Source: a bacterium (GTDB lineage Bacteria > Patescibacteriota > Minisyncoccia > Phycocordibacterales > UBA9973). Taken from it: a stretch of DNA of 49,090 nucleotides. The notes under the pieces are model-generated. The model did no database searches, was not told where the DNA came from, and worked only from the letters and a program-made list of their open reading frames with translations. The DNA is taken from assembly GCA_037130335.1 (NCBI GenBank), contig JBAXTD010000002.1, positions 1 to 49,090 on the forward strand, given 5' to 3'. Shown piece by piece: positions 43,107-49,090 of this stretch (positions within the stretch are counted from its first letter, which is position 1; the number at the start of each line of letters is the position of its first letter). The translations under genes and the position numbers were made by a program.

Positions 43107-46100
43107 ATGACTAACCTCAAATCAAAAATCGCGAAAGCAGGTTTGGGATTGTTGGCAGGAGCAGTCATGTTCGCTGGCGTAACAGCTAGTGCAATGACTC
43201 AAGCACAAGCACAAGCACTCGTTGCAAGTCTCGGTATTACCGGAGCATCTGCAACAGCACTTGTAACTGCGCTTACAACAACTGGTGGTACTACAACTAC
43301 TACTACTGGCTCAGGCTTTACATTCACAAAAAATCTTTCATTAGGTTCAAAAGGAGCTGATGTTACAGAACTCCAAAAAGTTCTTAACTCTGACTCTGAC
43401 ACTACAGTTGCATTATCTGGCGTAGGCTCAAAAGGCAACGAAGGAACAAACTTCGGACCAGCTACAAAAGCAGCTGTAATGAAATTCCAAAAGAAACACA
43501 ACATTACTCCTGCTTCAGGTAACGTTTTTGCACTCACACGAGCTGCATTGAACGCTATGGGTGGTACTACAACTACTACAACAACAGGAGGAACAACTAC
43601 AACTGGAACACAAACTGGTCCAGTAACAGCAATGTTGTCTTCTGATACACCAGCAGCAGGTAACGTGATCCTCGGACAAGCAACAGCTGACCTTGCTCAC
43701 TTTACATTCTCTGGTAACGGAACAGTAACAGCAGTTACTCTTAAAGAAACAGGAATTTCAGTTAGTACAGATCTTACAAATGTATATCTCTATGATGGAG
43801 TTACACGAGTTGGAGATGCAGCAACTGTTAATTCTAACGGTGTAATCACTTTCAGTGGTTTGAATCTTATGGTCTCAGGATCAAAGACAATCTCTGTAAA
43901 GGCTGATTACTCAGCTAATGGAACAACAGCAACAATCGGTGTTAACCTTACAGGATTTACAGCAAATGGTTCAACCAATACTGTTAACCTCTCTGGTAAC
44001 TTAATGTATGTTGTTTCTGCTCCAAGTAACATGACAGCAGCACAACTTTGTTCTGGTGGATGTGGATCTGTAACAGGAGCTACAAATAACCAAATCGCAA
44101 GTTCTGCTGTTGATGCAGGATCAATGTCAAAAACAATTTGGCAAGCTCCTCTTCAAGTTAGTGGACGCATTGGATTTCTTAAGGCTGCAACATTCCGATA
44201 TATCGGATCTGCATCTTATGACGCTCTTGCAAACATCAAACTCGTAATCGATGGACAAGTTGTTGGAACTCCTTCAACTGTTAACTCAAGTGGTTACATC
44301 GTATTTGATCTTTCAAGTGCACCATTTAGTCTCAGTACAAATAGTCACAGTGTAGAAGTTCGCGCTGATATCGTAAAAGGTTCAGCTCGTTCATTCCAAA
44401 TCTCACTTCAGAACGCTTCTGACTTGATGATTACTGATTCTCAGCTCAACATAAATGTTGCTCCTACTACAAACAGTATAACAACATTTTCAACAAGTCA
44501 GGCTGGAACAGTTTCAGTTAATGCTGGATCTATTTCAATCAGTATTGATCCTACTTTCTCAAGTATGACTAACGTTACTGGTGGTGCTACAAACACAGTA
44601 GTTGGTAAATACAAATTGCGTGCCTATGGTGAAGACATGAAAGTTTCAACACTTTCTATCACTCCTACTTTGACAAGTATGTCACCAACAGTGAACGGAT
44701 TGAACAATGTTACTTTGTTCTTTAACGGCTCACAAATTGGTTCATCATACAGTTGTGATTCAGGTACGAACACTTCAACAGATGACTGTGGAAGTGCACA
44801 CTCTTTCACACTTGGATCATCAATGATCGTACCAGCAGGTGTTGATAGTTTCCTTGAAGTTCATGCTGATGTTCAAACTCTTGCTAATGTTGCTTACACT
44901 GCAGGAACAATTAAAACATCAGGAACAATTGCAATTGGAAATGCACAAGGTTTGAGTTCACTTCAGACAAACTCTGGAGCATTCACTCTTTCACAAACAA
45001 CAGGTCTTTCAGTACAAACTGGACAACTCGTTGTTGCAAAGAACACTGCATACACAAACCAAACATTTGCTCCAAATGCATCTGGTCTTAAGATTGGATC
45101 ATTCATTCTTCAAAACCAGAGTTCATCAGAAGCAATCCGTGTAACAAATCTTGCTCTTGCTCTTACAGCAACATCAGGATCTGTTCTCACATCAACTGCT
45201 GGTGCTGGTCCTGAACTTGCTGATCTCACAAACGTAAAAACTTCTGAGACTTCAGGTTCTGGTGCTAACCCACAAAATGCAGCAGCTGCACTCAACTACT
45301 CAGTTGATTTCACTATTGCACCAGGAACATCAAAAACAATCGATATCTTTGCTGATTTGGGTTCAACAAATTCTGTTGGATTCGAAGTTCAACTTACTCC
45401 TACAGCATACGGCGCAGGTTCAAACGTAACTTTGACACCTAGTTCTGCAACTGTTGGTCAAGTTGTTACAATCGCAAATGGTACAGTTTCTGCTCCATCA
45501 TTCGTAGCATCAAATTCAACAGCTGCACAATACATTGCAACTGCTGGAACAAGTGCAACTGATATCACAAAAGCTGAATATCAATTCACAGCTACAAACG
45601 GAACAGCAAATATCAACAACCTCCGCTTTGCTGTTAAGGCATTAAGTGTAGGTGCAATTTCAACAATCCATGTTGGAAGTGTAACTTCAAACGTTGTTAC
45701 TCCTTCAACTACAACTGTAGGAACAGGTGGTTGGACAACTACTGCTACAACAGTTAGTGTAGCTTCAACTTCAAGTATTCCAGCAGGTACTATTCTTACT
45801 GTCGATTCAGAAGATATGCTTGTTTCAACTGTTGTTGACGGTACAAACTTTACTGTAGTACGTGGTGTTAACGGCACATCTGCTGCTCTTCACACAGCTA
45901 CAACAGTTGTTAATCCAAGTGGACTTGCAACTCTCAACGGCGTAAACATCTCAGTTCCAAATGGAACTTCAGGTACATACGTTGATGCATACGAGAGTTT
46001 CACTCCTGCAAACGGAATGACAGGTGCTATTGCTTCAAAAGCAACTTCAACTGCTTACCTTACATACGTGAAGTCAACAATTGGTTCAACTGTTTCAGAT

Positions 46101-46676
46101 CAAGCTACAGCAACTCCAGTTGCTGCTAACCAAATGACAACAGTTGGTTCAAAACCAATCGTAACAGTAGCAAATGGTGGTATGTCAGGTTTGATCCTTT
46201 CTGGTTCAGGTAAAATCGGTGAAGTTACAGTTGCTGCTGATACAGCAGGAAGTATTAAGGTTAACCAACTTGTATTTACAGTTGGTTCATCAAATATCAC
46301 AACTCCAGCTTACACTGCAATCTACCTCGCAGATGGATCATCAGCTATTACAACAAGTGACTGTATAATCTCAGGATCAACAATTACTTGTGAACTCGCT
46401 GCTGACCAAGTTAACAATACTTCAGATGTATCTACACTTAGTGCATCTGCAGTACACACAGATGGAAACGGTTACTTGATCCCAGGCTCTGGCTCAAAGA
46501 CATTCAGTCTTTACGCTACAGTTGGTGGAACAGCTGTTTCAGGAACTACTCCAACAGTTACAACTTCAATTACATCCGCTGGATTTAATTGGGATGACGT
46601 TGCTGGAAATGGTACAAACCTTAATGGTACTAACTTGTACAACTTCCCAACAAACAGTTACTCATACCACTCATAA
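43107..46676 (+). CDS. Large secreted S-layer-like surface protein with a peptidoglycan-binding domain
   Basis: Signal peptide (MTNLKSKIAKAGLGLLAGAVMFAGVTASA); Thr-rich linkers flanking FTKNLSLGSKGADVTELQKVLN...FGPATKAAVMKFQ; about 1000 aa of T/S/G/A/V-rich beta sequence; strongly biased codon use. Start at ATG 43107. Confidence 0.8.
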   Translation: MTNLKSKIAKAGLGLLAGAVMFAGVTASAMTQAQAQALVASLGITGASATALVTALTTTGGTTTTTTGSGFTFTKNLSLGSKGADVTELQKVLNSDSDTTVALSGVGSKGNEGTNFGPATKAAVMKFQKKHNITPASGNVFALTRAALNAMGGTTTTTTTGGTTTTGTQTGPVTAMLSSDTPAAGNVILGQATADLAHFTFSGNGTVTAVTLKETGISVSTDLTNVYLYDGVTRVGDAATVNSNGVITFSGLNLMVSGSKTISVKADYSANGTTATIGVNLTGFTANGSTNTVNLSGNLMYVVSAPSNMTAAQLCSGGCGSVTGATNNQIASSAVDAGSMSKTIWQAPLQVSGRIGFLKAATFRYIGSASYDALANIKLVIDGQVVGTPSTVNSSGYIVFDLSSAPFSLSTNSHSVEVRADIVKGSARSFQISLQNASDLMITDSQLNINVAPTTNSITTFSTSQAGTVSVNAGSISISIDPTFSSMTNVTGGATNTVVGKYKLRAYGEDMKVSTLSITPTLTSMSPTVNGLNNVTLFFNGSQIGSSYSCDSGTNTSTDDCGSAHSFTLGSSMIVPAGVDSFLEVHADVQTLANVAYTAGTIKTSGTIAIGNAQGLSSLQTNSGAFTLSQTTGLSVQTGQLVVAKNTAYTNQTFAPNASGLKIGSFILQNQSSSEAIRVTNLALALTATSGSVLTSTAGAGPELADLTNVKTSETSGSGANPQNAAAALNYSVDFTIAPGTSKTIDIFADLGSTNSVGFEVQLTPTAYGAGSNVTLTPSSATVGQVVTIANGTVSAPSFVASNSTAAQYIATAGTSATDITKAEYQFTATNGTANINNLRFAVKALSVGAISTIHVGSVTSNVVTPSTTTVGTGGWTTTATTVSVASTSSIPAGTILTVDSEDMLVSTVVDGTNFTVVRGVNGTSAALHTATTVVNPSGLATLNGVNISVPNGTSGTYVDAYESFTPANGMTGAIASKATSTAYLTYVKSTIGSTVSDQATATPVAANQMTTVGSKPIVTVANGGMSGLILSGSGKIGEVTVAADTAGSIKVNQLVFTVGSSNITTPAYTAIYLADGSSAITTSDCIISGSTITCELAADQVNNTSDVSTLSASAVHTDGNGYLIPGSGSKTFSLYATVGGTAVSGTTPTVTTSITSAGFNWDDVAGNGTNLNGTNLYNFPTNSYSYHS

Positions 46677-46744
46677 TCGAGTAGTTTAGAATAATTGTTT
46701 CGATAGGAAAATTGAGACTTATTGTTCGAAAGACCAGTGAGAAT

Positions 46745-46784
46745 CAAACAAAAAACCACCCCGAAAGGGGTGGTTTTTTGTTTG
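46745..46784. terminator. Perfect 18-bp inverted repeat with a GAAA tetraloop
   Basis: CAAACAAAAAACCACCCC-GAAA-GGGGTGGTTTTTTGTTTG. Confidence 0.9.
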
Positions 46785-46805
46785 TCTTCTGGTATGATAA
46801 TGTGT

Positions 46806-48131
46806 ATGAAAAGAGTGATTATCTGGTTATTGTTGTCGATTGCATTTCTGCCAATCACGTATTCGTATTCAGCTTTGATTCCCTATATGAGTGGAAAGAC
46901 CATATTTTTGAGAGGGGTTTTGTTTATCGTGATGCTTCTTGTAACATATTCATATTTGTTTGATAAAAAATTCAAAACAGATTTTACTCAAAAAATATCA
47001 ATACTTTATAAAAAACCACTAGTTAAAGTTATAGCTGTATCATATATTTTTTTGACTCTAAGTACGCTTTTTGCATTTGATAAATATATTGCATTTTTTG
47101 GTACGTTGCAGAGAGGGGAAGGGTTTATTAGTTTCACATTTTTTTATTCTTTTTTTGCACTTACCGCTCTGTTTTTTGAAAAGAGGGATTGGATAAAATT
47201 TTTTGGCTTAACGGCTGTGATGGGATGGATTCTTTTTGTATATGAAATGATGCAATTTTTTGTAGGCATTGTTCGTCCTGGGTCATTTGCTGATAATCCA
47301 ATTTTTCTCGCGGCGTATTTTTTGTTTGTAATTTTTTCGTCTTTTGTTTTGTGGAGAGAGGGAGTAAAATCAAAAAAAGTATATTTGTCGATTTTGGGTA
47401 TTTCGACAATTGTAATTTCGGTTGCGGGAATACTTGTTACTGAATCGCGTGGAGTTTTGATTGGAATAATAGCTGGAATAACTACCGTACTTTTTTATTT
47501 TATTATTGTCGGTAAAAAACATGTTGCTTTTGAAAAGTTTAATTTGAGAAAAACCGCAGTTGGCTTATTGATAGTGTCCATGCTTCTCGGTGGAATTTTT
47601 GTCTCAACAAGAAATGCAGAAATTTGGAAAGGTATACCAGGTTTGAATCGTTTGTCTCAGGTTTCAATTAATGACAGTACGACGCGTTCACGTTTGATAA
47701 ATACTCAAATTACACTCCGTGCAATCAGTCCAAAACAATCAAGTATTAAGGATACACTTATTGGGTGGGGATGGGATAACTATATTTTTGCGTGGGAGAA
47801 GTTTTATGATCCGAGTATCTATGCATCTGATTCGGGGATATTTGATAGAGCGCACGATTTTTTGCTTGATCGGCTTGTTATGACAGGTATGCTTGGTTTT
47901 GGTTCATACGTGCTTATATGGATTGTCTTTGTAGGTATGATATTTAAGATTGGCAAAAAAGATGTGTATCTTGCCTCAGTATTTTTGTTTTTTGGAGTTG
48001 CGTATTTTATTCAAAATATTTCGGCCTTTGATACAATCATAACGTACGTGGCATTTTTTGTTGTTTTGGCATATGCCATAAATGAAAGTCCTGAAAATAT
48101 AAAGATAGAAACAAATGTCAGAAAAAAATAA
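46806..48131 (+). CDS. O-antigen ligase / Wzy_C-family membrane protein
   Basis: Many TM segments; RPGSFADNPIFLAAY, TESRGVLIG, GWGWDNY, DRAHDFLLDRLVMTGMLG. Start set at ATG 46806, 7 nt after TGgTATGAT. Confidence 0.88.
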   Translation: MKRVIIWLLLSIAFLPITYSYSALIPYMSGKTIFLRGVLFIVMLLVTYSYLFDKKFKTDFTQKISILYKKPLVKVIAVSYIFLTLSTLFAFDKYIAFFGTLQRGEGFISFTFFYSFFALTALFFEKRDWIKFFGLTAVMGWILFVYEMMQFFVGIVRPGSFADNPIFLAAYFLFVIFSSFVLWREGVKSKKVYLSILGISTIVISVAGILVTESRGVLIGIIAGITTVLFYFIIVGKKHVAFEKFNLRKTAVGLLIVSMLLGGIFVSTRNAEIWKGIPGLNRLSQVSINDSTTRSRLINTQITLRAISPKQSSIKDTLIGWGWDNYIFAWEKFYDPSIYASDSGIFDRAHDFLLDRLVMTGMLGFGSYVLIWIVFVGMIFKIGKKDVYLASVFLFFGVAYFIQNISAFDTIITYVAFFVVLAYAINESPENIKIETNVRKK

Positions 48132-48996
48132 AAAAATTATAATAGCTATTTGTTTGAGTGTTACTACTGTTTTTATGGGGGTTTCTTTTTTTGCTTGGAC
48201 ACTCGTCCCTCATTTACAAATGTCAGAATATTTAAAAAATATCCAAAATGCATCAAAAGAGCATCGTGCAAGTGTACTCCTGTCGACGTTTAACACGAAT
48301 GCTTTTATGTTTGAACCAGAAACATATGTACAAGGATACGTAAGAGAAGTTTTTTTAAACGAAATGTTTATTCAGTATAGGTCTGGGGCTTTTGCAAATA
48401 GTGCACTTTTGCCGCTTTTAGATATTGCTCTACAAAAAAATATTGAATATGCAATACATCATCCTGATTTTTATGAATATGATTTTAATATTGCAAAAGC
48501 ATATGATGCTAAATATTCTTTAAATCCTAATAAGGAATATTTAAGTGAATCAGAAAAGTATTACAAACATGCACTTGAAATTATACCAAACAGACAAGAG
48601 GTGATATATGGATACTCAACAAGTCTTTTGAATCAAGGAAGAAATCAAGAAGCTATTGATTTGCTCAATAAAGCTATTGTCACAAATCCTTATATTCCTC
48701 AAAACCATTATCAGCTCGGACAGGCGCTATATTTTACTGGTTATGAAAAATACAATGATTCATTGGATCAGTTTGAGTTTTCTTTAAATAGTGAGGTTGA
48801 TATGGTCTCCGAACTTACTAAACAAGCGTATTTAAAGTTTTTTGTGTATTTCTATAAGCAAAATGATATTAAACGTTTTACTGAAACTGTACAAAGATTA
48901 ATTAGTATTGATCCTGAACAAAAGGCTTCATATCAGACAATTGTAGATTATATACAAAAAAATCACACAATGCCCCTAGTAAATATTGAGAATTAG
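48115..48996 (+). CDS. TPR-containing protein, possibly the frameshifted C-terminal half of the ligase
   Basis: N-terminal TM segment, then TPR helices (YYKHALEIIPNRQEV, EAIDLLNKAIVTNP, HYQLGQALY). Overlaps the previous ORF by 17 nt at an A7-T-A7 run. Confidence 0.75.
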   Translation: MSEKNKKIIIAICLSVTTVFMGVSFFAWTLVPHLQMSEYLKNIQNASKEHRASVLLSTFNTNAFMFEPETYVQGYVREVFLNEMFIQYRSGAFANSALLPLLDIALQKNIEYAIHHPDFYEYDFNIAKAYDAKYSLNPNKEYLSESEKYYKHALEIIPNRQEVIYGYSTSLLNQGRNQEAIDLLNKAIVTNPYIPQNHYQLGQALYFTGYEKYNDSLDQFEFSLNSEVDMVSELTKQAYLKFFVYFYKQNDIKRFTETVQRLISIDPEQKASYQTIVDYIQKNHTMPLVNIEN

Positions 48997-49014
48997 AATA
49001 TTTTTGCTGAATTT

Positions 49015-49041
49015 AGCAAGTAGTATCTTGCTCATTTTTTT
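49015..49041 (+). terminator. Possible weak terminator
   Basis: AGCAAG-TAGTAT-CTTGCT followed by CA and a T tract. Confidence 0.4.
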
Positions 49042-49058
49042 GATAAAATACAGCGTAT

Positions 49059-49090
49059 ATGAAATCATTTCTGAAGTGGGCGCTTTTGCT
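49059..49090 (+). CDS. 5' end of the next gene (partial): MKSFLKWALL...
   Basis: TGaTAAAAT at 49041-49, ATG 9 nt later, and the frame is open to the window end. Confidence 0.55.
   Translation, partial: MKSFLKWALL

Noticed and set aside
46722-46805. N-terminal extension of the ligase ORF, and ORFs 46712-46963 and 46658-46858
   Set aside because: They run through the 46745-46784 terminator; a -10 box supports ATG 46806.
249-47409. The many 60-190-aa antisense or alternate-frame ORFs nested in identified genes
   Set aside because: They are shadows of well-supported genes and show no family motifs or independent expression signals.

Overview
A 49-kb, AT-rich, densely coded chromosomal segment read with the standard code (TGA is a stop). 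The gene content points to Patescibacteria/CPR, most likely Parcubacteria: rplK with no rplA behind it, a 60-aa SecE, peptidoglycan-binding and BspA-repeat surface proteins, an EF-P without PGKG, and an IleRS carrying an inserted histidine-phosphatase domain. This taxonomy is inferred. Layout: 0-11.5 kb is accessory/envelope (D-Asp-ligase-like ATP-grasp protein, PhhB, tRNA-His, methyltransferases, BspA protein, aquaporin, TMEM175, pilin-like protein, FKBP, SIMPL). 11.6-41.3 kb is core (secE-nusG-rplK; thyA-folA-dcd divergent from a DEAD-box helicase; glyA-tmk-CYTH-dut-argS; T-box-ileS; recO; glyQS; M16 peptidase; metG-tatD; rpsF-ssb-rpsR; ftsK-recA-efp). 41.4-49 kb holds an HTH gene, a 650-bp non-coding region, a large S-layer-like protein and an O-antigen-ligase/TPR pair. 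I found no CRISPR array, integrase, transposase or rRNA. The strongest leads are: (1) the 41.4-42.9 kb locus, where a winged-HTH gene carries repeated AAAGGACA boxes in several frames and on both strands, followed by a perfect DnaA box, a consensus promoter driving a ~170-nt rod-shaped candidate ncRNA, and an AT tract; (2) an ultrashort-Stem-I Ile T-box of the actinobacterial ileS architecture that is wired to a transcription terminator; (3) a shared 27-nt hairpin, whose differences all preserve pairing, upstream of both nusG and recA; (4) apparently leaderless promoters at about 17 genes; (5) a homopolymer run that splits a possible ligase-TPR fusion next to the surface-protein gene. All structures were derived by eye and no database search or folding program was run.
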